From Acholeplasmataceae bacterium (GTDB lineage Bacteria; Bacillota_I; Bacilli_A; Acholeplasmatales; Acholeplasmataceae), in NCBI GenBank assembly GCA_050953805.1, contig JBMNNE010000001.1, positions 186,079-250,078 on the forward strand: a stretch of DNA of 64,000 nt, given 5' to 3'. This document shows, in pieces, positions 37,779 through 47,010 of this stretch. Positions within the stretch are counted from its first letter, which is position 1. Each line of letters opens with the position of its first letter. The translations under genes and the position numbers were made by a program. The notes under the pieces are model-generated. The model was not told the DNA's origin. It saw only the letters and a program-made list of their open reading frames with translations, and made no database searches.

Positions 37779-38095
37779 AACGCAGTCACCTTATCAACGA
37801 CAAAATCAACTAACTTGTCAATATTTTTTGATGAGTTTTTGTGAACTGTCTTTTCAATATTAGTTAATTCTTCTTCGTGTTTTTTAGTTAGTTTTTCTAT
37901 TTTTTTAATTGATTCATCGTGAATTTTTTCAGCTTCGGCTTTGGCTTCTACCAAAATAGTATTACCTTTAGCCTCTGCATGTTTTTTTGAAGTTTCAAGA
38001 ATAATTTTTTGATCACCTTTAGCTTCATTTATTAAATTCTTAGCGTTATTTTCTGCTTGAATTATTTGATTTAAAACTGACAATTTAATCACCAC
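37775..38095 (-). CDS. ntpF: V-type ATPase small peripheral-stalk subunit (G/H-like; NtpF position in E. hirae operon)
   Basis: 106 aa Lys/Glu-rich helical protein. It is the first gene of the operon and overlaps ntpI by 4 nt. Confidence 0.65.
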   Translation of the reverse strand: MVIKLSVLNQIIQAENNAKNLINEAKGDQKIILETSKKHAEAKGNTILVEAKAEAEKIHDESIKKIEKLTKKHEEELTNIEKTVHKNSSKNIDKLVDFVVDKVTAL

Positions 38096-38186
38096 CTAAT
38101 AAAATAACAAATAATAATACTTCCTTATCATTTTATCACATATTGACTGGTATTAGTAATTTATTAATTACTATTATATTCTTTAG

Positions 38187-38215
38187 TAAAAAAAAGGAGA
38201 TACAAAATCTCCTTT
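38187..38215 (-). terminator. intrinsic terminator after the Na/Pi transporter gene
   Basis: AAGGAGAT-acaaa-ATCTCCTT with an 8-nt T-run on the minus strand. Confidence 0.8.
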
Positions 38216-38226
38216 ATATTTTATTC

Positions 38227-39915
38227 TTATCTACCAAAAACCGTAGCCTTTTTTGGCTGTGGTTGATAAATTAATAACACAGTCTCACTAATATTAGTTA
38301 AATGATCGGCAATTCTTTCTAAATTTGATAAAAGATCCGGATAATTATTTTCAGTTGATAATACGATTATCCCTTCTCTTAAGCGTTCAGTATGAGCGTG
38401 TTTAAATTCTTTTTCATAAATATCAGCTTGAATTTCATCGTCAATAACTTCTAATGCTAATTTAAGATTTTTCTTAGAAAATGCCGCAAATGAATTCCCC
38501 ATCATTTTTTCAATTAAATCGTAAAATCTATTTAATTCTTCGATCATAATTTGAGGCGTTTCTAATCCATATTCATATCTTTGACCAATTAACACACCGA
38601 TGTTATGCAAATGATCTCCAATTCTTTCTAAATCATTAATTATATCTAAATATCCCGAAAACAACAAAGAATCAGATTCGGTTAAATCATTCTTTTGAAC
38701 TAAATCAATCATATACTTATGTAACCTTTGATCATAGTCATCAATCTTGTTTTCTAGCTCTTCATTTAAATCTAAATATTTAGACTTATTTTCTAAGTGA
38801 AAATGTCGAATTGTTTGAAGATGTTCATAAACGATATCACTCATCATAAATATTCCGGATTTAGCATAACTAAGCGCAATACTAGGAGTACCAATTAAAA
38901 TTCTTTCATCTAAAACACGAGCTAACTCATCATCGCGTTTTTTATCTTTAATAATGATGGTTGTTAGTTTCACTATCGGATCTATAATCCAAACAAAAAC
39001 TAACATGGTAGCAATATTAATAAACATATGGATCAAAGCAATCGTCATCATCTTGGTATCTGGTGTTAAAAATTTATCTTCAATACTAACTAGTACCTTG
39101 GAAATGGGCGATATAAACGGCATGATTAATATTGTTCCTATAATATTATAAATTGTATGAATTAAAGCCACTCTTTTAGAATTTTTATTTCCTTTAATTG
39201 CTGCTAATCCACCAGTAATTGTAGTCCCAACGTTAGCTCCCAAAACCATAGGAATTGCTCCGATTACAGTAATCGTATCAATATCATATAGTTTTTGAAT
39301 TACCCCAACAGTACCTGATGATGATTGAATCAACATCGTAAATGCGGTTGAGAATCCGAAACCATAAATCCAAAATCCTTTAACACTAGGATCACCAAAG
39401 GTTCTTAATGCATCTTGAGCCCATTGGGCTTGAGCAATATCACTAACACCTTGTCCTAAAAATTGTAATCCAACAAATAATAGTCCAAAACCAATGATAC
39501 TTCTTCCAATATTTCTTGGCACCTTTCTTGAGAAAATAAAGAATATTAGGACACCAATTGCAATAAACCACAATCCCCATTTAGCTACCGGTAGACCAAT
39601 TAAAATTGAAGTAACTGTCGTTCCTATATTTGCTCCAATAACTACTGCAGCCGCTTGTTTTAAAGTCATTAAATCAACACTAACGAGTCCGATAATAATA
39701 ACGGTAACAGCTGATGATGATTGAATAAGAGCTGTTAATACTACCCCCACTAAAATACCTTTCCAAACAGTGTTGGTTGATTTTTCAATAATTATTTTTA
39801 ATTTATTTCCCGCAGCATTTTTAAGCGATGCCGACATTAACTCAATCGCATACAAGAATAATGCGAGTCCCCCAATAACTAACATTAAATTTTGAAATAT
39901 TTGTTCAGTTGTCAT
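38227..39915 (-). CDS. Na+/phosphate cotransporter family protein with C-terminal PhoU-like domains
   Basis: 562 aa. Duplicated Na_Pi_cotrans-type membrane repeats (IQSSSAVTVI.., LIQSSSGTVGV..). The cytoplasmic C-terminus has two ERI(G/A)DHL PhoU-like motifs. Confidence 0.8.
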   Translation of the reverse strand: MTTEQIFQNLMLVIGGLALFLYAIELMSASLKNAAGNKLKIIIEKSTNTVWKGILVGVVLTALIQSSSAVTVIIIGLVSVDLMTLKQAAAVVIGANIGTTVTSILIGLPVAKWGLWFIAIGVLIFFIFSRKVPRNIGRSIIGFGLLFVGLQFLGQGVSDIAQAQWAQDALRTFGDPSVKGFWIYGFGFSTAFTMLIQSSSGTVGVIQKLYDIDTITVIGAIPMVLGANVGTTITGGLAAIKGNKNSKRVALIHTIYNIIGTILIMPFISPISKVLVSIEDKFLTPDTKMMTIALIHMFINIATMLVFVWIIDPIVKLTTIIIKDKKRDDELARVLDERILIGTPSIALSYAKSGIFMMSDIVYEHLQTIRHFHLENKSKYLDLNEELENKIDDYDQRLHKYMIDLVQKNDLTESDSLLFSGYLDIINDLERIGDHLHNIGVLIGQRYEYGLETPQIMIEELNRFYDLIEKMMGNSFAAFSKKNLKLALEVIDDEIQADIYEKEFKHAHTERLREGIIVLSTENNYPDLLSNLERIADHLTNISETVLLIYQPQPKKATVFGR

Positions 39916-39994
39916 AAAGCCCCTCCCTTTATGAATTTTTCACTTATCATAATTATACAATACTTTTACAATTTCTTTACACTTTATTATAATT

Positions 39995-40021
39995 AAAAAA
40001 GCTTGCAAGTTATGCAAGCTT
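39995..40021 (-). terminator. intrinsic terminator after the 690-aa beta-propeller gene
   Basis: AAGCTTGCA-agtta-TGCAAGCTT with a T6 run on the minus strand. Confidence 0.8.
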
Positions 40022-40048
40022 CTTAAATGTTATTATTAGAAAGGAAAA

Positions 40049-42121
40049 TTACTGATTATCAATTGGATCTTGTTCAAATTTTAGCGGTTCTAGTAATTCT
40101 TTTTTAACTAAATTCCAAACAATATCTTCTTTCGGTGATAAAATGTGAACCACTTCATTAACTAATAGAATTTTTTCTGATCCAACAAATTTTTCATTAA
40201 ATAGGGATTCCTCAAGAACAAGTGGCTCTTCCAAACTAAAATCAACTTTAAACATTAACATTCTAGCTACACCGCGCCAATCATAGATGGTATATCTTTC
40301 GTCTGGTGAAATTTGAACTGTTTGATAATGATTCATAATGAAGCCAAACATTCCTAATTTTTTATTCATTAATAAATGTTCTCTTGGATTCCATAACGCT
40401 TCAGCCCATATGTATCCACCAAAATCTTCATATCTAAATTCAATAGTTTGAGTTGGTTCTTCGTCCCCAGTTCGATAAGCTGAGATTTTAATTCCCACTT
40501 GGCGATTGTTTTCAACCATATAGCCAAGTCCAATAGTGTTATTTTGTTCATCCCAAACAAATAAGACATTAGAAAATCCTGGTTCTTCAATCGCACTAAT
40601 AATTTTTGGATTTTTTGGATCGGTTAAATCGATAGTATATAACGGATCAGTTTGATAGAAAGTTACAATTTTAACAATATTTCCACTAAAAGTAACGCTC
40701 TTAACATCTTCATTTTCTTTACCTAAACCTTCAGTTAAATGAGATAGTAATTCTAAATTATCACTTTCAGCCCTAGTTTTTAAGATATAAAGGTGATTCG
40801 TTCTCCCTTTACCATAAGTTGTAACAACCCGAATCATACCTTCATGAACATCAAGGAAATATTGGTCACGTACATAACCTTCAACTTCTTGAGAACCGAC
40901 ATATTCTAGATTACCTTTTTCATCATATTTAACTGCTACAATTGATGAAGTATTGTAATATCCAATATCATCATTATAACCTCTCCATTTATCGTTAACT
41001 AAAATAATTAAATCGTTACCCATGTAAACAGTTTGGTTACTACCAACAAAACCAATTTGTCTAACCTTAAGTTCAGGATTAGCTAAATCCACTGAATGAA
41101 TTCTTGAAATTCGAGTTGAATTAATTTCACCTTTGAAATAATAAAATCTTCCAAAGTCAATTGGCATTGATGATGGAATTATTTTATTATCTTCATCAAA
41201 TGAAATATACTCATTAGTAAAAACATACAATATATTATCAACTAATCTTGAATCAATAATATAACCATCTACTTTTTGAGATTTAATAGGTGCAAAGGTT
41301 TCGGTATCAATAATATAATAGACTGATTCTGAACGGTAGTAATAATATTGAGACGCACTATATCGTCCATATAAACCAGTATCATAATAAGGTTCGCGAT
41401 ACATTTTATAACCAAAAACAACGAGCATATTTTCATATAAGACCATGTCAGAAAAAGTAAAATCGTCAATAATTACAGTTTCTGATTCCCCTTGATGATT
41501 ACCTGATTCATCCAATTTTACTTTGAAGATTCGATCACTATTACGTGGACCATAAAAAAAGTATTTACCACTACTGTGAATCTTAGCAATATCAGTTTCC
41601 AAGACTCCTTCAACTTGATTATAAGTATCGGATTGAGTACCACCTTTGGCTGCTGATTCAACATAAGACCCAGACCCTGAATAACTAACGTCATCCCCGT
41701 CAGTACCAATAAATGATGGTGGTGGCAGTACATTATCAAAAGTATTATATCGATACCCTTGATTATTATTGTTGTTTGAAATAATACTTAATTTTTCTTC
41801 AAAATCTTTAGAACTAGAAAAGGCATTGGCATTTTCCAAAGTCATACCAGTTGTTTCATTAATAGTTTTTCTAATTTTAAATGAGACTGGGTTACCTGCT
41901 TTTTCAAGACTAGTTCCACCTACTATTGTTAATGCTCCGACAACAAGTAATAATGTTAACGAAACAACATTTGACCTTAAAGCCGAAATGTTTAATTTAG
42001 ATCTTTCAATTCCACTTTTCTTTTGATAATTATGTAAGCGAATATTCCAAATTAAACGAACTAACATGATTGCAAATACAATGAAGGTAATTACTCCAGT
42101 AGTAATATAAAATCCTAACAT
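40049..42121 (-). CDS. membrane-anchored beta-propeller domain protein (PF09826/COG4880-like), paralogue 2
   Basis: 690 aa. N-terminal TM-loop-TM module, then NQVEGVLETDIAKIHSSGKYFFY and VTFYQTDPLYTIDLTDPKNPKIISAIEEPGFS. These match the family signatures TNxQxxGVDExDIVKTDG and VTFxQxDPLxxIDLSDPxNPK as I recall them. Confidence 0.7.
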   Translation of the reverse strand: MLGFYITTGVITFIVFAIMLVRLIWNIRLHNYQKKSGIERSKLNISALRSNVVSLTLLLVVGALTIVGGTSLEKAGNPVSFKIRKTINETTGMTLENANAFSSSKDFEEKLSIISNNNNNQGYRYNTFDNVLPPPSFIGTDGDDVSYSGSGSYVESAAKGGTQSDTYNQVEGVLETDIAKIHSSGKYFFYGPRNSDRIFKVKLDESGNHQGESETVIIDDFTFSDMVLYENMLVVFGYKMYREPYYDTGLYGRYSASQYYYYRSESVYYIIDTETFAPIKSQKVDGYIIDSRLVDNILYVFTNEYISFDEDNKIIPSSMPIDFGRFYYFKGEINSTRISRIHSVDLANPELKVRQIGFVGSNQTVYMGNDLIILVNDKWRGYNDDIGYYNTSSIVAVKYDEKGNLEYVGSQEVEGYVRDQYFLDVHEGMIRVVTTYGKGRTNHLYILKTRAESDNLELLSHLTEGLGKENEDVKSVTFSGNIVKIVTFYQTDPLYTIDLTDPKNPKIISAIEEPGFSNVLFVWDEQNNTIGLGYMVENNRQVGIKISAYRTGDEEPTQTIEFRYEDFGGYIWAEALWNPREHLLMNKKLGMFGFIMNHYQTVQISPDERYTIYDWRGVARMLMFKVDFSLEEPLVLEESLFNEKFVGSEKILLVNEVVHILSPKEDIVWNLVKKELLEPLKFEQDPIDNQ

Positions 42122-42239
42122 TTTTATTCCCTCCTTTACGGGATGCTTCTAATTTTTTAGAGGCACTTATAAAATGATAATTCATTTTCTATCCGCTTTT
42201 ATTATATAAAAATCCTATTTTAGACCGTTAGCTTTTCTC

Positions 42240-42269
42240 GCAACTTACATTTTTTAAGACACAAGTTAC
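42240..42269 (-). promoter_or_regulatory. LytTR-type direct-repeat box B (9 bp - N12 - 9 bp) upstream of paralogue 2
   Basis: + strand CAACTTACA-ttttttaagaca-CAAGTTACA. TATAAT (minus strand, 42205-42200) lies exactly 34 nt from the proximal repeat. Confidence 0.6.
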
Positions 42270-42277
42270 AGTTTTAT

Positions 42278-42317
42278 TAAAAAAACACTTCCGGATTAAA
42301 TTTTAAATCGGGAAGTG
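42278..42317 (-). terminator. intrinsic terminator after the 658-aa beta-propeller gene
   Basis: ACACTTCCGGATT / AATCGGGAAGTGT stem (one mismatch) followed by T7 on the minus strand. Confidence 0.75.
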
Positions 42318-42333
42318 TTTTCAATTTAATTTT

Positions 42334-44310
42334 TTATGGAATATCACTAGCTTCTTTTTTAACTAAGTCAATTGTCTGATTAAACTGTTTTAAATTGATA
42401 TTCCATGTAATCGTTTTTTCTCTAAAAATAATGTGTAACTGATTATTAATTAATAATAATTTTAGCGGATTAGTTTCAGTAAATCTTAATTGTGGTGGAT
42501 AATCAATTTCTTTGATTGGATTATCTAAATTAAAATCAACTTGATATAATAAAACTCTTGAATATTTACCACTAAACTTAGTTCCATCTTGAATAAAAGT
42601 TTCATCAAATCTTTTCATAATAAATCCAAAAACTCCAGCTTCGCGATCAATTAATAAATACATGTTTGGATAAGTCAAAATTTCACCATATAAAAATCCA
42701 ACTTGATAAAAATCATAAATAATCGTTTGAATTGGGATATAATTTCCATCTTGATAGACATTAATTACTAAAGCTTCCTGCGCTCCCGTTTCTTGATAAC
42801 GACGACCAATACCAATTGAATATTCATTATTCCACGGAATTAAAACATCAATTAAAATCATATCATCACTTATATCAATAATTTTCGGTTTTTTTGAATT
42901 ACTTAGATCAATCGTAATAATTGATTTAGTATTTATTTTGACGATATCTTCATGAAAATGAACTTTTTCAATTCTTTGACTAAGATCTTGATTAAAATAA
43001 GAAACTAATTTAAATTCATCACTATCAGGTTGAATTTTAAAAATATATAATGAATTGTTTTGTTTGTTTGGTGCCGCTACTGTCACCACTCTAATTTCAT
43101 CTTGATAGTAATCAATAAAATATTCACTAGGAACATATCCTAATACTTCATAAGAACCAACATATTGAAGGTTAGCTTCTTGATCATAATTAACTCCAAT
43201 GATCGTTGAACGATAGCCTCCGGTTGTGCCTGATGAATCCCAACGTGACATCGTTATTAAAATTAAACCGTCCTTCATATAAACAGCCTTACCTAATCCC
43301 AAAAATCCTATTGTCTTTGATTCAAGGTTATGAGAACTGAGATCAAAAGCATCAATTCTTGTAATCGCTCGCTCATTAGACGTGCTATTTAAATAATAGA
43401 CATTTTCAAAATCCGTTTCAAAATTAACTAAACTTCGATTAGAAGGAATTGAGCGATTACTAATTATATACAAAGTTTTATTATCAACTCTAGCACTAAG
43501 AAAATTATTTGTAAAATCAATATATTTAATAACTTCCAAAGTATTAGCATTCAAAAAATACATCCTTTGTGGAAATGGATTATATGGTCGTTCCCCTTCT
43601 TTTGGTTCATAACCAGGAATTATTTTATTACTTGGCTGAAATCCAATTACCGCTAAAATATCATCAACTAATAACAGTTGAGTAATATAAAATTGGTCGT
43701 CAAGTTGATTAATACCACAAATTGCAGTATGATTACCACTTGAATCAAGACCAATTTTATAGACAAGATTAGAATTTATTGGTGAATATAAATAGAAATT
43801 ACCAGAAGAATGAATTTGAACAATCTCACGATCATCAATTAAGACCGTCGGTTGACCAACTCCAATCACGCCATCGCCAATTTGATAACCCCCTTCACCT
43901 CTTTCATTTGGAGCGTTACCTTTAGCAAAACTATCAGGACTATCTGGAAGTGGACTTGGTAAACTTTCTTCTTCAATAAAAGTAATTATTTCTTCAACTT
44001 CTTTCATATCAGAAAAAAGTTTGGCATTTCGATAAACGACCCCATCTTTTTCATATGGTTTAAAAGTAAATAAGACACTCGGTTTTTGATTAACTGAGTT
44101 AATTCCCCCTAAAACTGATAAAATCCCAACTACAACTAAGAGAGACATTAAAACAAGATTCGATCTAAAAGCATGAATATTTAACTTAGAACGTTCAACC
44201 CCGCTCTTCTTTTGGTATTGTCTTAGTCGTAAATTCCATATTATTCTAATTACTAAAAAAGTGATTAACACGATTGTTAATACACCAACAGTAATGTAAA
44301 AAGCTAACAT
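42334..44310 (-). CDS. membrane-anchored beta-propeller domain protein (PF09826/COG4880-like), paralogue 1
   Basis: 658 aa. The N-terminal 70 aa are very similar to paralogue 2 (MLAFYITVGV..IWNLRLRQYQKKSGVERSKLNIHAFRSN). The rest is colinear but diverged. The start lies 1 nt after the LytTR gene stop. Confidence 0.65.
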   Translation of the reverse strand: MLAFYITVGVLTIVLITFLVIRIIWNLRLRQYQKKSGVERSKLNIHAFRSNLVLMSLLVVVGILSVLGGINSVNQKPSVLFTFKPYEKDGVVYRNAKLFSDMKEVEEIITFIEEESLPSPLPDSPDSFAKGNAPNERGEGGYQIGDGVIGVGQPTVLIDDREIVQIHSSGNFYLYSPINSNLVYKIGLDSSGNHTAICGINQLDDQFYITQLLLVDDILAVIGFQPSNKIIPGYEPKEGERPYNPFPQRMYFLNANTLEVIKYIDFTNNFLSARVDNKTLYIISNRSIPSNRSLVNFETDFENVYYLNSTSNERAITRIDAFDLSSHNLESKTIGFLGLGKAVYMKDGLILITMSRWDSSGTTGGYRSTIIGVNYDQEANLQYVGSYEVLGYVPSEYFIDYYQDEIRVVTVAAPNKQNNSLYIFKIQPDSDEFKLVSYFNQDLSQRIEKVHFHEDIVKINTKSIITIDLSNSKKPKIIDISDDMILIDVLIPWNNEYSIGIGRRYQETGAQEALVINVYQDGNYIPIQTIIYDFYQVGFLYGEILTYPNMYLLIDREAGVFGFIMKRFDETFIQDGTKFSGKYSRVLLYQVDFNLDNPIKEIDYPPQLRFTETNPLKLLLINNQLHIIFREKTITWNINLKQFNQTIDLVKKEASDIP

Positions 44311-44311
44311 T

Positions 44312-44824
44312 TTAGATTCCCCCTTTTTCTTTTAGAGCCCGTCTAAAAGGTTTTAAGTAGGAACGATTAACTTCTAATTTAATTCCACCAGGTAAACTCA
44401 GTTCAAGTTTTGAATTAAGTAACGGCTTAATATATTGAATCTTATCAAGATTAACAATATATGATTTAGAAATTCGGACGAATTTCAAATCAACTAACAT
44501 TTCTTCTAACTCAGCTAATGAATGTTTTAAAAAGATCGTCTTATAATAACTATTCATTAAGACAACTTCGTGTCCTAATGCTTCAAAATAAAGGCAGTTA
44601 GACGGATAAACTTTAAACCGATGGTCAATTGCTTCAAGCCAAAACTCGTTTTCTTGATCAATGATTTCGTTTAAAACTCTAAAAAAAGAGGCCTCATGTT
44701 TATTAGGTACTTGAAAGATGACATCGTTTGTCAAAACGACTGTTTCAAGTTCGATATTTGCATCTTCTTTAAGTAGTTTGATTAATTTTTCAGCTCTTTC
44801 TAAGCTTAAAACTAGTTTAATCAT
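44312..44824 (-). CDS. stand-alone LytTR-domain DNA-binding protein (no receiver domain)
   Basis: The C-terminal ~100 aa carry LytTR signatures (..CLYFEALGHEVVL..FVRISKSYIVNLDKIQYI..L.L..G..L.VNRSY). The N-terminal ~65 aa are unassigned. ATG 44824 is preferred because RBS AAGGTGGA sits 7 nt upstream; the ORF track starts at 44842. Confidence 0.75.
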   Translation of the reverse strand: MIKLVLSLERAEKLIKLLKEDANIELETVVLTNDVIFQVPNKHEASFFRVLNEIIDQENEFWLEAIDHRFKVYPSNCLYFEALGHEVVLMNSYYKTIFLKHSLAELEEMLVDLKFVRISKSYIVNLDKIQYIKPLLNSKLELSLPGGIKLEVNRSYLKPFRRALKEKGGI

Positions 44825-44879
44825 GTTCCTGTCCACCTTCATTATAATAAAATATTAAACTATAATTTTTATTTATTTA

Positions 44880-44909
44880 TAAGTTACACTAAATTAACCG
44901 TAACTTACA
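44880..44909 (-). promoter_or_regulatory. LytTR-type direct-repeat box A (9 bp - N12 - 9 bp) upstream of the LytTR gene
   Basis: + strand TAAGTTACA-ctaaattaaccg-TAACTTACA. TATAAT (minus strand, 44846-44841) lies 33 nt from the proximal repeat. Confidence 0.6.
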
Positions 44910-45061
44910 ACACCCTTCTGTATAAATAAGTTTATCATATTATTTAATTATTCTCTATCCCTTGCTAAACTAAAATAAAATAATTTGATAACATAATTTA
45001 CTATAAAAATTCAATTATCATCAAATTTATTATATGATAATACCAACAGGAGGGATTGTAC

Positions 45062-45820
45062 ATGTTTCAAGTTTTAACATTCGCTGAACAAATTATTCCA
45101 TCAAGAAGTATTAATCATTTATATATTTATTTAGATATCGTTTTTTTAGTAGTGCTATTATCCTTATTTGTAGTTACTAGAAGATATTTAACTTTACTTT
45201 TTAGTCTATTAGGTGGAATTATATATTTTATTGCTGATTATGGATTTTTCTATTTATTATTTGAAGAACGCATCGTAACTGGGGCTAACCCTTTTTGGTT
45301 TTTACTCTGGCTATCAATGAGTTATGGTATTACTAATTTCGCTTTTATTTGGCTTGCCTTAAAAAAAGATAAAAACTTAATTGAGTTTGCCTCATTTATT
45401 TTCTTGTGGTGGATTGCCTGTCCTCTAATTTCAGGAAATACTCCAGGAGCTGCTGGTAATATTGAAATTAGTCGAACTACTAGTTATCACGGAGGAATGG
45501 CAATTATGTTAATAGTTGGTTATTTAATTGTGATTATCCTTAATTTAACCAAGTATAAAGATAATAAGTTGCCACTTACTAGAATGTTAATTATTGGTGT
45601 TGTTGTCCAGTTCGGATGGGAGTTTGCCTTATATGTATCCGGAATTAGACCACATAATGATAATAGTCTTCAAACATTACTTTTAAACTCCTTAGTTGAG
45701 ACTAATTTGGGCATCCCCTATATCTTTTTTATCCAAATGTTTATTCAAAAATATTTTACCGAGGATTTAAAACGAAAAACGCCCCATAAAGACATTAATC
45801 TTGAATTAGAAACAACATGA
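45062..45820 (+). CDS. polytopic membrane protein of unknown function (about 7 TM)
   Basis: Hydrophobic 252-aa ORF. RBS AGGAGGG sits 8 nt upstream of ATG 45062; the ORF-track start 45056 is a TTG inside the spacer. Divergent from the LytTR gene. Confidence 0.6.
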   Translation: MFQVLTFAEQIIPSRSINHLYIYLDIVFLVVLLSLFVVTRRYLTLLFSLLGGIIYFIADYGFFYLLFEERIVTGANPFWFLLWLSMSYGITNFAFIWLALKKDKNLIEFASFIFLWWIACPLISGNTPGAAGNIEISRTTSYHGGMAIMLIVGYLIVIILNLTKYKDNKLPLTRMLIIGVVVQFGWEFALYVSGIRPHNDNSLQTLLLNSLVETNLGIPYIFFIQMFIQKYFTEDLKRKTPHKDINLELETT

Positions 45821-45828
45821 TATATATC

Positions 45829-45857
45829 AAAAAGGAAGTTAACAAACTTCCTTTTTT
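45829..45857. terminator. bidirectional terminator between convergent genes
   Basis: AAAAA-GGAAGTT-aaca-AACTTCC-TTTTTT. Confidence 0.8.
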
Positions 45858-45876
45858 AATATTATTTTAAATCTAT

Positions 45877-46917
45877 TTATTGCCAAGCTTTATCTTCTAA
45901 ATATGGATGTTTTTTCTCTAATATATCTTTTGCCAATTTATCCGCATTAGCTTTACCCGGGTTTTCTAGATAAAATGTAACAAAACCAAAAGGAGTAAAA
46001 TCCAAATACCTTAGACTGATTTGATATTGATCAATATCACTTTGATCTAAAATAGTTGTTAAGTCTAAATTTTCGTTAATTACTTCATCAAAGTATTTCC
46101 CCTGAATAATAATTTTAATATGGGTTTGCCCTTTATAGCCAATTGATTTAATCTTGGGGCACTTTTCTAATTTTGTAACTAATTCTTGAAGTTCTGCTTC
46201 ACTTATTTTTTCCTTAAAAACAACATCAACCCCTAAACTCCATTGAAAGGTTGTCACCTTTTTTAAGTTTTTAATTCCTTTGAAATCCTCAATCGTTAAA
46301 TCATTAATATAAAATTCACGAATGTATTCTTCTTTTATACTAAATATAATACTTTCTTGAAGTGAGGAAATTGTCCTAATTATAACTTCAATCTTTTTAA
46401 TATCTTTAATCTCTTCCTTTTTAACTGTAATTATTTCAATCCATCCAGTAAGTGCTGCAAAATGCCCTTCAAAACGATTAATATTTAAAGTTAACGTGTT
46501 TCCTTTTTTAGACAAGGCATAAGCATAATTTTTAGAAACATTAGGTTCAAATTTATAATAAAAAATTAAAATATGATCTTCAAAAAAAGCATCATTATAA
46601 TTTTCAATAATCGTGTTAAATTGTTGATCATCTGGGTAATTATATGTATAAAGATTAGGTTTTTTATTTTGATTAATTTTTTCTTTTAATTCTTCGTGGG
46701 TATATGCATAGAAAAAGACATATCCGCTTTCTTCAGTTTGGTAAACATCAAATGCTTCAAGTTGATCATCTTTTAATAAATAATTTTTGCCGCCATCACG
46801 TGAAAAAGGAACTAGTTCACTATTGTCAAAATTAAGTTGATAATTTTTTTCAGTAGTTTTGCATCCAACTATTGAAAGAAGCAATATAGCGATTAAGAAA
46901 ACCAACACTCTTCTCAT
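45877..46917 (-). CDS. lipoprotein of unknown function
   Basis: Start at ATG 46917 (MRRVLVFLIAILLLSIVGCKTT, lipobox) with RBS AGGGGTGA 5 nt upstream. I recognised no family. Confidence 0.6.
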   Translation of the reverse strand: MRRVLVFLIAILLLSIVGCKTTEKNYQLNFDNSELVPFSRDGGKNYLLKDDQLEAFDVYQTEESGYVFFYAYTHEELKEKINQNKKPNLYTYNYPDDQQFNTIIENYNDAFFEDHILIFYYKFEPNVSKNYAYALSKKGNTLTLNINRFEGHFAALTGWIEIITVKKEEIKDIKKIEVIIRTISSLQESIIFSIKEEYIREFYINDLTIEDFKGIKNLKKVTTFQWSLGVDVVFKEKISEAELQELVTKLEKCPKIKSIGYKGQTHIKIIIQGKYFDEVINENLDLTTILDQSDIDQYQISLRYLDFTPFGFVTFYLENPGKANADKLAKDILEKKHPYLEDKAWQ

Positions 46918-46970
46918 AGAATCACCCCTATTTTCGAGATGTCTTTCCAAAAATAACATCTTTCATATTA

Positions 46971-46999
46971 ATTATAGAAAAGATATATTAATTTGTCCA
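46971..46999 (-). promoter_or_regulatory. sigma-70-type promoter of the lipoprotein gene
   Basis: Minus strand TGGACA (46999-46994), 17 nt spacer, TATAAT (46976-46971). It lies 11 nt downstream of box C. Confidence 0.55.
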
Positions 47000-47010
47000 C
47001 TTTTACTTCA

